In this document: positions 1 to 9,860 of the stretch, piece after piece
How positions within the stretch are numbered: position 1 is the stretch's first letter
Layout: the number at the start of each line of letters is the position of its first letter
Source of the DNA: Candidatus Aminicenantes bacterium
Lineage (GTDB): Bacteria; Acidobacteriota; Aminicenantia; Aminicenantales; Aminicenantaceae
Direction of reading: 5' to 3'
DNA length: 64,000 nucleotides
Assembly: GCA_030603565.1 (NCBI GenBank)
Contig: JAUVXM010000005.1
Span: forward strand, 9,377-73,376
The notes under the pieces: model-generated
The model's database searches: none
The model's input: the letters and a program-made list of their open reading frames with translations, nothing else
Told to the model about the DNA's origin: nothing
Program-made: the position numbers and the translations under genes

Positions 1-1310
1 TCAAATATATTATCTGTAATGCTGATGAGGGAGACCCGGGCGCTTATATGGACCGCAGCCTGATGGAAGGAAATCCTCATCGTGTATTAGAAGGAATGAT
101 CATCGGTGCTTATGCTATAGGAGCTACGGAAGGTTATATTTATGTGCGGATGGAATACCCCCTAGCGCTCAAGAACATTACTATTGCTCTGGAACAGGCA
201 CGGAAATTAGGTTTGTTGGGAGATGCTATCCTCGGCTCAGAATTTAATTTTGACATTCACGTCTTTAAGGGAGCTGGATCGTTTGTTTCCGGAGAGGAGA
301 CATCGCTTATGGCTTCGATCGAAGGTCGAAGAGCTCAACCAAGGCAGCGCCCGCCTTTTCCAGCCCAATCCGGACTATGGGGAAAGCCGACAAATATTAA
401 TAATGTCGAGACTTGGGGCAATATCCCTATAATAATCGAAAAAGGCTCGGACTGGTTTGCAGGTATTGGAACTGAAAGCAGTAAAGGTACTAAGATATTC
501 TCTCTTGTAGGGAAAATCAATAATACTGGCCTGGTGGAAGTCCCAATGGGAATCACTTTGCGGGAAATAATATATGATATTGGAGGCGGCATCCCCGGTG
601 ATAAGGAATTTAAAGCTGTTCAGACCGGAGGTCCATCAGGCGGTTGCATCCCTGAAGAGAAGCTAGACCTGCCAGTTGATTATGAAAGCCTTTCTGAGGC
701 CGGGTCGATAATGGGTTCGGGCGGGATGATCGTTATGGATGAAGATACCTGCATGGTGGATGTCGCACGTTATTTTCTCCAGTTTACCAAGGAAGAGTCA
801 TGCGGAAAATGTGTCCCATGTCGAATCGGAACCAGGCAGATGGTTGAGATCCTTAACCGTATAACCCGGGGAGAAGGTAAGGAAAATGACATAAAGAAGC
901 TCGAGGAGCTGGCGAAAACAATCAAATCGGGCTCATTGTGCGGGTTAGGGCAGACGTCCCCTAATCCTGTTTTGACTACCCTGCGTTATTTCCGGAAGGA
1001 GTATGAAGACCATATTTATAACAAAAGCTGCAAGGCGCTGGTATGTAAAGATCTGATCTGCTACTACATTGAGCCGGATAAGTGTGTCGGCTGCCTGCTC
1101 TGCAAGAAGAGCTGCCCGGTTGATGCGATTATAGGAAAAAGAAAAGAAGTCCATGTGATCGACCATAAATTATGCATCAAATGCGGAGCCTGTTTTGATG
1201 TGTGTCCTCCTAAAGTAAGGGCTGTATCGAAATACACGGGAGAAAAGAAGGAAAAGATTTTAAAAAAGACTTCAGCGGGAAGTGTTGACACGGGAAGAGT
1301 TGACAAATGA
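1..1310 (+). CDS. NuoF/HydB-like NAD(H)- and FMN-binding flavoprotein subunit with C-terminal 2x[4Fe-4S] ferredoxin domain; 5' end outside window
   Basis: Frame is open from nt 3 ([26 protein letters not shown], NuoF-family signature), so the listed ATG at 48 is internal. [19 protein letters not shown] loop. [12 protein letters not shown] and [12 protein letters not shown] motifs at the C-terminus. Stop overlaps next start (ATGA 1307-1310). Confidence 0.9.
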   Translation, partial: KYIICNADEGDPGAYMDRSLMEGNPHRVLEGMIIGAYAIGATEGYIYVRMEYPLALKNITIALEQARKLGLLGDAILGSEFNFDIHVFKGAGSFVSGEETSLMASIEGRRAQPRQRPPFPAQSGLWGKPTNINNVETWGNIPIIIEKGSDWFAGIGTESSKGTKIFSLVGKINNTGLVEVPMGITLREIIYDIGGGIPGDKEFKAVQTGGPSGGCIPEEKLDLPVDYESLSEAGSIMGSGGMIVMDEDTCMVDVARYFLQFTKEESCGKCVPCRIGTRQMVEILNRITRGEGKENDIKKLEELAKTIKSGSLCGLGQTSPNPVLTTLRYFRKEYEDHIYNKSCKALVCKDLICYYIEPDKCVGCLLCKKSCPVDAIIGKRKEVHVIDHKLCIKCGACFDVCPPKVRAVSKYTGEKKEKILKKTSAGSVDTGRVDK

Positions 1311-3760
1311 AAGTAATTATAGATGGAAAAACGATTGAAGCAGAAGAGAATAAGACTATTTTAGAGTTGGCGCGGGAAAATGGGATTTATATTCCATCTC
1401 TGTGTGACCATCCCGGTTTGGCCCCTTTCAGTGGATGTCGGTTGTGTCTTGTTCAGATCAAGGGTAAGAAAGGATATTCACCATCATGCAGTATTTATAT
1501 TGAAGATGGAATGGAAGTAAAGACATCTACTCAGCAGCTGCGAAAGTTAAGAAAAAACATTTTGGAACTTATCCTCACAGAACATCCAAATGCCTGCCTG
1601 ATGTGCGCGGAAAAAAAAGAATGCGACGAATATAAAGCGACCATTCGAAAAGTAGGCGAAGTGACCGGATGTGTTCTTTGCCCCAATAATGGGGATTGCG
1701 AGCTTCAGGAGATTGTAGAAGAGATTGGGGTAGATATTGTAGATTTTCCTTCCTATTACCGTGATCTTGAGGTTAAAAGGGATGACCCTTTCTTTGACCG
1801 AAATTACAACCTTTGTATTCTTTGTGGAAGATGTGTCCGGATCTGTCATGAAGTAAGGGGCTGTTCTACCCTTTCGTTTGTAAAAAGAGGCCCTGAGACT
1901 GTCGTGTCAACCTCGATGGATCAGAGGCTGATCGATTCCAATTGCCAGTTTTGCGGTGCTTGTATGGATGTCTGTCCTACCGGGGCTCTGATAGAGAAAG
2001 GCAGAAAATATGAAAGCCTTGCAGATGATAAAACCGAGATGCTCTGCCCGCTTTGTAGTGTAGGATGTAGACTGGAAGTAAATCTGGGAGAAGGACGGTT
2101 GCTGAATACCCGGCCGGCAGCAGACGGTCCTGCCAATCATGGTCAGGCATGTGTAAAAGGTCGTTTTCTGATTAAGGACCTGGTTTATATAGAGAAAAGA
2201 ATAGAGAAGCCTTTGATCCGCAGAGAAAAGAAGCTGGAAGAGGTGGGTTGGGATGAAGCCCTGGATTGGGTAGCCGGGAAACTTAAAAAGTATAAAGGAA
2301 AAGAGACTGCAGTCATCCGGTCTGCCCAGGTGTCCTGTGAAGACGGCTATGTGCTCCGTAAGTTTGCGGATGAAGTCCTGAAGACAGGGAATATTAGCTC
2401 TGAACCCGCTTTCTCCTCTTATCGGGAACTGGCGCAGAAACTGGGATTTATGCCTGCCCTGAATTATAAAATTGAAGAGATTTCTTCGGCAGAGACTATA
2501 TTTCTCCTTAGTTCTAATATTTCCGTTTCTCATCCTATTGTCTGGCTGGAGATTGTCAAAGCAGTAAAAAATGGAGCAAGACTGATTGCCGCAGGTCCGA
2601 TGGAACTTCAATTTGATCGATTTGTATCTCTACAGCTTCGGATCGAACCGGGAACTGAAAATATTTTACTTGGCAGTCTGCAGAAGATTTTAACGGGGGG
2701 CGAGTCATTTAAAGCTGCTAAAGAGTCTAAAGTAGCAGAAAATGCTCTCAGAGAGGCCGCGGAAATATTAAAAAGCAGTAAATCGCCTGCATTTATTTTT
2801 GGCTCTGAATCGATTCAAGGTCCGGTCGGTATGGAAGTTCTGACCGCACTCTGGAATATAGCTTTACTCTCTAAAGGACGGCTTTATCATTTAGGGCTTG
2901 AAAGCAACTCGCGTGGGATATTTGAGCTTGACAGGAGTTTTAATAAAAAAAGCAGGCAAACAGGACTTATCATTCAGGATATTATAGACAATAAGGTCAA
3001 GGCGCTTTATCTTGCCGGAAGCCGGATTGAACTTCCAAAAAAAGCCAGACCTGAGTTTCTTATTATCCAGGACAGCTATGTCAGTAAAAATACTGAAATA
3101 GCTGATGCAGTTTTGCCGGCGGCAGTTTCTGCTGAGGCCGAGGGTGTTTTTGTTAATATGGAGGGCCGGGTCCAAAAATCAGGCAAAGTTCTTGAACCGC
3201 CGGGAAAAACAAAACCGGACTGGTGGATAACCAGCCAAGCAGCAAAGAGGATGGGAGCTGAAGCCTTTGATTATAAAAAGCCTTCAAGCATTATTAAGGA
3301 GATACGCAATAAGCTTCCTGGTTTTGCTAATGTCACTTACCCGGCTTTAGAAAAAAGCAAGGAGATTTTTATTAAAGAAGAAACGCCTCAGAAGGGGAAA
3401 TTATTTACCCAGAAAATTATTTCCCTGCCGGAAGGAAACAATAAAAGATATCCATTCCGCTTGGTTTTGTTTTATAACCTTGATTTTTACCGTAATCTTT
3501 CCCTGAGTGAAGCTGTGCGGGGATTTCGGATATTCAGGAATTCTCAGTGGATCCATATTTGTCTGGAGGATGCAGATAAGCTGAAGCTAAAAAACGGAGA
3601 TAGTATTGAGGTTTTGTCCCCCCATGGAAAAACAAAGGTAATTGTCCGTATTACGAAAACTGTATCGCCGGGGATAGTAGCTGCGTCTCCGGAATATCCG
3701 ATCTTTAATAACACTGCCTCATCAAATGTGTTGAAGGTAATGATCAAAAGAGGAAAGTAA
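1307..3760 (+). CDS. NuoG-like iron-sulfur subunit: N-terminal [2Fe-2S] and [4Fe-4S] motifs fused to a molybdopterin-oxidoreductase-fold domain lacking the catalytic Cys/Sec-His
   Basis: 817-aa [60 protein letters not shown] and [14 protein letters not shown] cluster motifs. CPLCSVGC...ACVKGRF marks entry into a Mo-bisPGD fold. Where FdhF (from memory) has CARVUHG this protein reads EPAFSSY. Confidence 0.8.
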   Translation: MKVIIDGKTIEAEENKTILELARENGIYIPSLCDHPGLAPFSGCRLCLVQIKGKKGYSPSCSIYIEDGMEVKTSTQQLRKLRKNILELILTEHPNACLMCAEKKECDEYKATIRKVGEVTGCVLCPNNGDCELQEIVEEIGVDIVDFPSYYRDLEVKRDDPFFDRNYNLCILCGRCVRICHEVRGCSTLSFVKRGPETVVSTSMDQRLIDSNCQFCGACMDVCPTGALIEKGRKYESLADDKTEMLCPLCSVGCRLEVNLGEGRLLNTRPAADGPANHGQACVKGRFLIKDLVYIEKRIEKPLIRREKKLEEVGWDEALDWVAGKLKKYKGKETAVIRSAQVSCEDGYVLRKFADEVLKTGNISSEPAFSSYRELAQKLGFMPALNYKIEEISSAETIFLLSSNISVSHPIVWLEIVKAVKNGARLIAAGPMELQFDRFVSLQLRIEPGTENILLGSLQKILTGGESFKAAKESKVAENALREAAEILKSSKSPAFIFGSESIQGPVGMEVLTALWNIALLSKGRLYHLGLESNSRGIFELDRSFNKKSRQTGLIIQDIIDNKVKALYLAGSRIELPKKARPEFLIIQDSYVSKNTEIADAVLPAAVSAEAEGVFVNMEGRVQKSGKVLEPPGKTKPDWWITSQAAKRMGAEAFDYKKPSSIIKEIRNKLPGFANVTYPALEKSKEIFIKEETPQKGKLFTQKIISLPEGNNKRYPFRLVLFYNLDFYRNLSLSEAVRGFRIFRNSQWIHICLEDADKLKLKNGDSIEVLSPHGKTKVIVRITKTVSPGIVAASPEYPIFNNTASSNVLKVMIKRGK

Positions 3761-4596
3761 TGGCTAAAATTATTCGCAGAGAACGCCTGGTACCAAATCT
3801 TCATCTTCTTGAGATTGAAGCGCCTAAAGTGGCGCGGAAATGTAAACCCGGTCAATTTGTAATTATAATGCCGGACGAGCGTGGGGAGAGGATTCCTTTG
3901 AATATTGCTGATTGGGACAGCGAAAAAGGTACGGTCACCTCAGTCTTCCTGGTTGTGGGGACCTCAACCCAAAAGTTGTCTATTCTCAGAAGTGGAGATG
4001 AGGTCCCAGTATATGTGGGCCCCTTGGGAAAACCAGCGGAGATTAAGAAATTTGGAACAGTATTATGTGCCGGCGGCTGTTATGGGATAGGAGCGGTTTA
4101 TCCTGTTGCCAGAGCGATGAAAGAAGCCGGCAATAAGGTTATTTCCTTGCTTGACGTTAAAGCTAATTATCTCTTGTATTGGGAAGATAAATTAAAGGCT
4201 GTGAGTGATGAGTTTTTTGTCTCCTCGCGTGATAGCTATTATGACTGTAAAGAATTCATCCCTAAAGTACTTAAGGATGTAGTAAAAACCACAAAGGTCG
4301 ACAGAGTCATATCTTACGGCTGTACTTACCTTATGTACACCTGTTCCGAAGCGACTCGGCCTTTAGGAATAAAGACTATTGTCAGCCTAAATCCTATAAT
4401 GCTGGATGGAACCGGAATGTGCGGGGCCTGCAGGGTATCAGTTGATGAAAAAACAAAATTCGCCTGTGTTGACGGTCCGGATTTTGACGGCCATCTGGTT
4501 GACTGGCAAGAGCTTTTTTCCCGGAGGAAATCTTATTTTGATGATGAGATCCAATCTTTGAGCTACTGGGAGAAAGAAAATTTTCCAAAAAACTAA
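3760..4596 (+). CDS. nfnA: NfnA/SudB-type FAD and [2Fe-2S] subunit (PyrK-like ferredoxin-NADP reductase fold)
   Basis: 278 aa. Start overlaps upstream stop (TAATG 3758-3762). GGCYGIGAVYP dinucleotide loop. C-terminal GMCGACRV...FACVDGP cluster motif. Directly followed by a GltD/NfnB-like gene. Confidence 0.8.
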   Translation: MAKIIRRERLVPNLHLLEIEAPKVARKCKPGQFVIIMPDERGERIPLNIADWDSEKGTVTSVFLVVGTSTQKLSILRSGDEVPVYVGPLGKPAEIKKFGTVLCAGGCYGIGAVYPVARAMKEAGNKVISLLDVKANYLLYWEDKLKAVSDEFFVSSRDSYYDCKEFIPKVLKDVVKTTKVDRVISYGCTYLMYTCSEATRPLGIKTIVSLNPIMLDGTGMCGACRVSVDEKTKFACVDGPDFDGHLVDWQELFSRRKSYFDDEIQSLSYWEKENFPKN

Positions 4597-4616
4597 CCAA
4601 CAAGAAAGAGTGAAAA

Positions 4617-6137
4617 ATGCCTGATAAAACAAAACAAATGCCTCCTGAGCTTAAAGCAATGTTGAGGGCAGGATTTAATGAAGACTGGCGGAAAGAACTT
4701 CGGAAATCTCTGCCGGTTAAAGAAAGAATGAAGATCCGCCGTCAGAAGATGCCAGAGAGGAAACCGGATTTGAGGAACAAGCATTTTAAGGAAGTTAATT
4801 TTGGGCTTGATGCAAAAAAAGCGGTTAAAGAAGCTCAAAGATGCCTGGACTGTGCTAACCCTCAATGTGTGATGGGGTGTCCGGTAGGTATTGATATCCC
4901 TGCTTTTATTAAGCTTATTGAGGCCGGAAAATTTAGTGATAGTGCGCGAAAGCTTAAGGAAACTAACAGCTTGCCTTCGATCTGCGGCAGAGTGTGTCCC
5001 CAGGAAAGTCAGTGTGAAGCTGTCTGTAACCTGAAAAAGGCGACCGGAGTGTCGGTAGCGATCGGGAATCTGGAACGGTTTGCCTCTGATTTTGAAAGGG
5101 ATAGTGGGAAAGTTTTTATTCCTAAGGCTCTGCCTCCTACGGGGAAGAAGGTTGCGGTTATCGGAGCCGGTCCGGCCGGGCTGACTGTTGCCGGAGAGCT
5201 GGTAAAAAAAGGCCATAAAGTAACTGTGTTCGAGGCATTACATGTAGTAGGAGGTGTACTTGTTTATGGGATTCCCGATTTCAGGCTGCCAAACAAAATT
5301 CTCAGAGCTGAAGTAGCATACTTGGAACGGTTAGGGGTTAAGTTCGAGATGAACATTGTAGTCGGGAAAACAGTTTCTCTGGAGGATTTAAAAAATGACG
5401 GTTATGATGCTTTTTTTATCGGGACAGGAGCAGGCCTTCCCAATTTTATGAATATTCCCGGTGAAAACTTGATTGGGATTTATTCAGCCAATGAATATTT
5501 GACCAGAGTCAACCTTATGCGGGCTGTTGATTTTCCTGAATATGATACTCCGGTTTTTAAAGGGAAAAGAGCTGCTGTACTTGGCGGAGGTAATGTCGCA
5601 ATGGATTCGGCGCGGACTGCTAAAAGGCTGGGGGCGGAAATGTCTGTGATCGTATACCGCAGGTCCCGGATTGAAATGCCTGCCAGAGTCGAAGAGGTTC
5701 ACCATGCAGAAGAAGAAGGTATTGAATTTCACTTTCTCACAACTCCTATTCGCTATTTCGGAGATGATAAGAACCGGGTTAAAGCGATGGAGTGCCTTAG
5801 AATGAGGTTAGGGGAGCCGGATTCATCAGGGAGACGCCGTCCTGTTCCGATTAAAGATTCGGAATTTATAATGGAAATCGACCTGGTAATAGTAGCAATA
5901 GGAAACAGCTCTAATCCTTTAATAGGGCAAACAACTCCCGAGCTTGAAGTGGGAAAATGGGGAAATGTAGAAGTTGATTGGGATACTATGGCAACAAATA
6001 TGGATGGAGTATATGCCGGGGGAGATATAATTCGAGGCGGCGCGACTGTAATTCTGGCCATGGGAGATGCAAGGATCGCAGCTGCGGAAATGCATAAATA
6101 TCTCAGTTCAAAAAAGCAGGATACTAATGATAGTTAG
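4617..6137 (+). CDS. nfnB: NfnB/SudA/GltD-type NADPH-dependent FAD subunit with 2x[4Fe-4S]
   Basis: 506 aa. CLDCANPQCVMGCPV and CGRVCPQESQCEAVC cluster motifs. VAVIGAGPAGL and AAVLGGGNVAMD Rossmann loops. 20 nt after nfnA. Confidence 0.8.
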   Translation: MPDKTKQMPPELKAMLRAGFNEDWRKELRKSLPVKERMKIRRQKMPERKPDLRNKHFKEVNFGLDAKKAVKEAQRCLDCANPQCVMGCPVGIDIPAFIKLIEAGKFSDSARKLKETNSLPSICGRVCPQESQCEAVCNLKKATGVSVAIGNLERFASDFERDSGKVFIPKALPPTGKKVAVIGAGPAGLTVAGELVKKGHKVTVFEALHVVGGVLVYGIPDFRLPNKILRAEVAYLERLGVKFEMNIVVGKTVSLEDLKNDGYDAFFIGTGAGLPNFMNIPGENLIGIYSANEYLTRVNLMRAVDFPEYDTPVFKGKRAAVLGGGNVAMDSARTAKRLGAEMSVIVYRRSRIEMPARVEEVHHAEEEGIEFHFLTTPIRYFGDDKNRVKAMECLRMRLGEPDSSGRRRPVPIKDSEFIMEIDLVIVAIGNSSNPLIGQTTPELEVGKWGNVEVDWDTMATNMDGVYAGGDIIRGGATVILAMGDARIAAAEMHKYLSSKKQDTNDS

Positions 6138-6157
6138 CCTGATATGGGAGGAAATAA

Positions 6158-7453
6158 ATGACTTGGGTGGATGAATATAAAAAAAAGTTAGTTTCAGCCG
6201 AAGAAGCTGTCTCTGATATTAAAAGCGGTCAACGCGTATATATCAGCGGGAATGCTGCCACTCCTTATGTTTTTGTGAAAGCATTATCCGATAGAAAAGA
6301 TGAGTTGAAGGATGTTGAGCTTGTCCATGTTTTGCTTTTAGGGGATGACCCTTTTTCCCGGCCGGAGATGGAGGGGCATTTTCGGCATAATTCACTATTT
6401 GTCGGCCCGGCAGACAGAAAAGCTATAAATGAGGGCCGGGCGGATTATGTCCCCATTTTTCTCCATCAGATCCCCAATCTTTTCTATTCAGGGCAAATGC
6501 CTCTTGATGTAGCTTTGCTGCATCTTTCCTCTCCTGACGAACATGGATTTATGAGTTATGGAGTTGAAGTACTGTGTTCAAAAGCTGCTGCAGAGACAGC
6601 TAAAAAGGTTATAGCTCAGGTTAATGAAGAGATGCCGCGAGTTCTGGGCGATTCATTTATTCATGTTTCCCGGATAGACAAGATCGTTGAGGTTTCTACA
6701 CCTTTACCTGAACTTCAGAAAAAACCTTTCAGTGAGGTGGAGAAGAAGATAGGAGGACATATTGCTGATCTGATCGATGATGGCTCTACCCTCCAGCTTG
6801 GAATCGGAGGAATTCCAGATGCTGTACTCGCCGCTTTAAAAGGTAGACAGAATCTGGGTATTCACACCGAGATGGTTTCGGATGGAGTGATGGAAGCTAT
6901 TGAATCCGGGATAATAACCGGGGCAAAAAAAACATCCCATCCCTACAAGGTGATTTTAACCTTTTTGCTGGGTTCAAAGAAGCTTTATGATTTTGCGGAT
7001 AACAATCCGGTATTTGAGGCGCACCCTACTGATTATACCAACCATCCTTTTATTGTATCTCAAAATGATAATATGGTGGCCATAAATTCTGCTATTGAAG
7101 TGGATATAACCGGACAGGTCTGTTCAGATTCGATCGGGAAATTTATCTACAGCGGTTTTGGTGGTCAGGTCGATTTTATTCGGGGCGCTGCCCATTCAAA
7201 AGGAGGAAAACCGATCATAGCACTCCCTTCTACGGCCCAAAAAGGGAAAAGTTCGCGGATCGTACCTTTCCTGAAAAAAGGAGCTGGAGTTGTCACGACC
7301 AGAGCTGATGTGATGTTTGTAGTAACAGAATATGGTGTAGCCTATCTGCATGGGAAAAACTTGAACGAGAGAACTAGAGCCTTAATAACTATTGCCCATC
7401 CAAAATTTAGGGACGAGCTTACAAAAGAAGCAAAAGCCCGGAATTTGATATAA
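6158..7453 (+). CDS. acetyl-CoA hydrolase/transferase family enzyme (4-hydroxybutyrate/butyrate CoA-transferase-like)
   Basis: 431 aa. SGNAATP, LQLGIGGIPDAV, GIHTEMVSDG (catalytic Glu region) and GFGGQVDF motifs. GGGAGG ribosome-binding site upstream. Confidence 0.8.
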   Translation: MTWVDEYKKKLVSAEEAVSDIKSGQRVYISGNAATPYVFVKALSDRKDELKDVELVHVLLLGDDPFSRPEMEGHFRHNSLFVGPADRKAINEGRADYVPIFLHQIPNLFYSGQMPLDVALLHLSSPDEHGFMSYGVEVLCSKAAAETAKKVIAQVNEEMPRVLGDSFIHVSRIDKIVEVSTPLPELQKKPFSEVEKKIGGHIADLIDDGSTLQLGIGGIPDAVLAALKGRQNLGIHTEMVSDGVMEAIESGIITGAKKTSHPYKVILTFLLGSKKLYDFADNNPVFEAHPTDYTNHPFIVSQNDNMVAINSAIEVDITGQVCSDSIGKFIYSGFGGQVDFIRGAAHSKGGKPIIALPSTAQKGKSSRIVPFLKKGAGVVTTRADVMFVVTEYGVAYLHGKNLNERTRALITIAHPKFRDELTKEAKARNLI

Positions 7454-7464
7454 TAAAACCCTAC

Positions 7465-8139
7465 ATGAACCAGACAAATCTGTTTCCTGGAGCAAAAGGT
7501 CATATTGGAACTGACGAGTCAGGGAAAGGAGATTATTTCGGACCGCTGGTAACTGCGGGATTTTTTCTTCCGGATGGGCAGGAAGAAGTTCTCCGGAAAT
7601 TAGGGGTAAAGGATAGTAAACGGGTTTCTGATAACAGGGTACGGGAAATCTCCAAACAGCTAAGGCTGGGGTATAAATATTCCATTGTCGCAATCGGGCC
7701 GGAAAAATATAATGTGCTCTATCAAAAGATGCAAAACCTTAATAAGATCCTTGCCTGGTCACATTCGAGGGTAATTGAAAATATATTGGAAGAAATACCA
7801 TGCTCTCTGGCCATTACTGACCAGTTTGGAGATAAGCTTTTTGTAGAAAATGCCCTGATGAAAAGAGGCCGGAATATCGAGTTGGTCCAGAAGACAGGAG
7901 CAGAGGAAGATATGGCAGTAGCTGCAGCTTCCATCCTTGCCCGGGCTGAATTTTTAAGGCGGCTGTATCTTCTTTCTCGTGAGCTGGGGATTGAACTTCC
8001 TAAAGGCTCTTCGCCGAAATCTGATGAGGTGGGAGTAAAATTAGTTGAACTTCATGGAGCCGGGGCTTTAAATAAAGCAGCCAAGACACATTTTAAACTT
8101 ACTAAACGGATACTGAAAGTAATCAATACTAAAAAATAA
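7465..8139 (+). CDS. rnhC: RNase HIII-like ribonuclease H, catalytic domain only
   Basis: 224 aa. GTDESGKGDYFGPLV, GVKDSKRV, AAASILARAEF and LPKGSS resemble RNase HIII rather than the HII pattern DEAGRGP. Only 14 residues precede the DESG motif. Confidence 0.65.
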   Translation: MNQTNLFPGAKGHIGTDESGKGDYFGPLVTAGFFLPDGQEEVLRKLGVKDSKRVSDNRVREISKQLRLGYKYSIVAIGPEKYNVLYQKMQNLNKILAWSHSRVIENILEEIPCSLAITDQFGDKLFVENALMKRGRNIELVQKTGAEEDMAVAAASILARAEFLRRLYLLSRELGIELPKGSSPKSDEVGVKLVELHGAGALNKAAKTHFKLTKRILKVINTKK

Positions 8140-8178
8140 CGGCTTATCACAATTATATTGCCTGAGCTCCTGGTAGAA

Positions 8179-8513
8179 AATCAGGTCAGTTGATACGAAA
8201 ACACGCGGATGTAAAGATAAATCTGAGGGGATGGATACGCTCGCTTCAGATTTTTTACGCCATTCTTCTTCGTTTTTCTCGGCGCCTGCGGATCCTGGTT
8301 ATTCATAAAAATTGCCGATGATAAAATAAGTTGTTGTTTTTTTTGAATAGGGCATCGGCAATTTTTATGAATGATTCAGGATGATTAAGAAAGACGTTGG
8401 CAAGGATGAGCGGGCCTGGTTCTTCTCCTTAAGGAGAAGAGAGCGAAGACTGTATCCGAGCGGATTTTCCACGCTGGGGAAAATTCGCGTGTTTTCGGAT
8501 CAACTAACCTGAT
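8179..8513. repeat. about 335-bp nested imperfect palindrome assembled from dispersed repeat modules
   Basis: Outer arms are 8179-8207 AATCAGGTCAGTTGATACGAAAACACGCG and 8486-8513, its reverse complement with 2 mismatches. Inner arms are 8294-8320 CCTGGTTATTCATAAAAATTGCCGATG and 8353-8380. A 20-bp perfect palindrome TCTTCTCCTTAAGGAGAAGA sits at 8421-8440. Confidence 0.85.
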
Positions 8514-8637
8514 TCTTGCTTAAGGCTTACTAGCTTAGAAAAAATGAGGGAATTCCAATTTTATATTTACTAGTTTTTAACGATGAAACAATTTACAATT
8601 TGCATTTTACTTTATATTATATATATTGACATTTCTT

Positions 8638-9837
8638 ATGAATAAACGAATATATTTTGACGATCCATACCAGGTTGAATTCGAATCTAAAATTATTGAC
8701 AGGGTAAAACATAAAAACCGGACGGCATTAGTACTCGAGCAGACCTGCTTTTACCCGGAGTCAGGAGGCCAACCGGCTGATAAAGGCACTTTAAACGGAG
8801 TGGAGCTTATAGCTGTAAGAGAAGATGAAGGCAGGATCTTGCATATTGTCGATAAAGAGGTGGCGGAAACAAATGTCAAAGGCAAGGTCGATTGGAAAAC
8901 TCGTTTTGACTATATGCAGCAGCACGCCGGACAGCATATTTTATCGCAGAGCTTTTGGGAGCTAATGCAGGGAAAAACCAGGTCATTTCATCTGGGGCAG
9001 GATGTGTCTACCCTGGAAATAGATATTCAAAAAATATCGGATCTGGAGCTGGAAAAAGTAGAGGAAGAAGCCAATAAAGTAATTTTCCAAAATAGAGAGA
9101 TCAAGACTTATTTTGTTGATGAGGACAAAATAGGAGAAGTTCCGTTAAGAAAACCGCCGAAAAAGTCTGGATTGATCCGGGTAGTTGAAGTGTCAGATTA
9201 TGACTTTTCTGCCTGTGGGGGCACTCATCCTTCCAGAACTGGAGAAATCGGGCTCATAAAGATATTAAAGTGGGGAAGGATCAGAAACAATCTCTGTTTT
9301 GAATTTGTCTGCGGAAGCAGGGCACTAAAGGATTATACTTTAAAAAACCGGATTCTCCTCCGGGCTGCATCCAGGTTTTCTGTAAGGGAAGAGGAAGTGC
9401 CGGATGCTGTAGAAAATATTTTTGCAGATTTAAAAAGCGGGAAAAAACAAACAAAAAAGGTTTTACTGAAGTTATCTGAGCTGGAAGCAAGGGATATCAG
9501 GCAAAATGCTGAGGGCCGGGTCATAAAAAAAGTATATTCCGGCCGGATCAGGGATGATGTCAGGCATATAGCTTTAAATATTATTCGCAATCCGGGATAT
9601 ATTGTTCTTTTTGGCCTAAAGGCGGACAGAAAAGCATATCTAATTCTGGCCCGATCTGAAGATGTCGACTTTGATATGAGGGAACTCATACCTGCTGCTT
9701 CTCAGCTTATTAATGGAAAAGGAGGCGGCCGCCCGTCTCTAGTTGAATTGGCAGGGGATAATGTGGAAAATCTTAAACATGCACTTGAAGAACTAGGGGA
9801 AGGCTTGGAAGTATTAGACAAGGATTATTGCGGATAA
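8638..9837 (+). CDS. alaX: AlaX-L type alanyl-tRNA editing protein
   Basis: ORF opens at TTG 8626, but ATG 8638 (MNKRIYFDDPY) is the likelier start. HAGQHIL (HxxxH) and CGGTH editing-site motifs. GKGGGRPSLVELAG DHHA1-like C-terminus. Confidence 0.8.
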   Translation: MNKRIYFDDPYQVEFESKIIDRVKHKNRTALVLEQTCFYPESGGQPADKGTLNGVELIAVREDEGRILHIVDKEVAETNVKGKVDWKTRFDYMQQHAGQHILSQSFWELMQGKTRSFHLGQDVSTLEIDIQKISDLELEKVEEEANKVIFQNREIKTYFVDEDKIGEVPLRKPPKKSGLIRVVEVSDYDFSACGGTHPSRTGEIGLIKILKWGRIRNNLCFEFVCGSRALKDYTLKNRILLRAASRFSVREEEVPDAVENIFADLKSGKKQTKKVLLKLSELEARDIRQNAEGRVIKKVYSGRIRDDVRHIALNIIRNPGYIVLFGLKADRKAYLILARSEDVDFDMRELIPAASQLINGKGGGRPSLVELAGDNVENLKHALEELGEGLEVLDKDYCG

Positions 9838-9860
9838 ATATTGATAAGATTTAAAAAACA

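Noticed and set aside
1907-2611. Long antisense or overlapping ORFs, for example 1907..2611(-), 4593..5216(-), 22357..22932(-), 32585..33163(+), 59870..60379(-), 61101..61553(-), 55186..55623(-).
   Set aside because: Each lies opposite or out of frame to a gene with clear family motifs. They have odd composition (Ser/Arg/Pro/Phe-rich) and no RBS, so they are shadow ORFs.
1307-3760. Formate dehydrogenase alpha subunit.
   Set aside because: The Cys/Sec-His Mo-ligand position is not conserved (EPAFSSY), and there is no in-frame TGA. NuoG-like electron-transfer subunit is the safer call.
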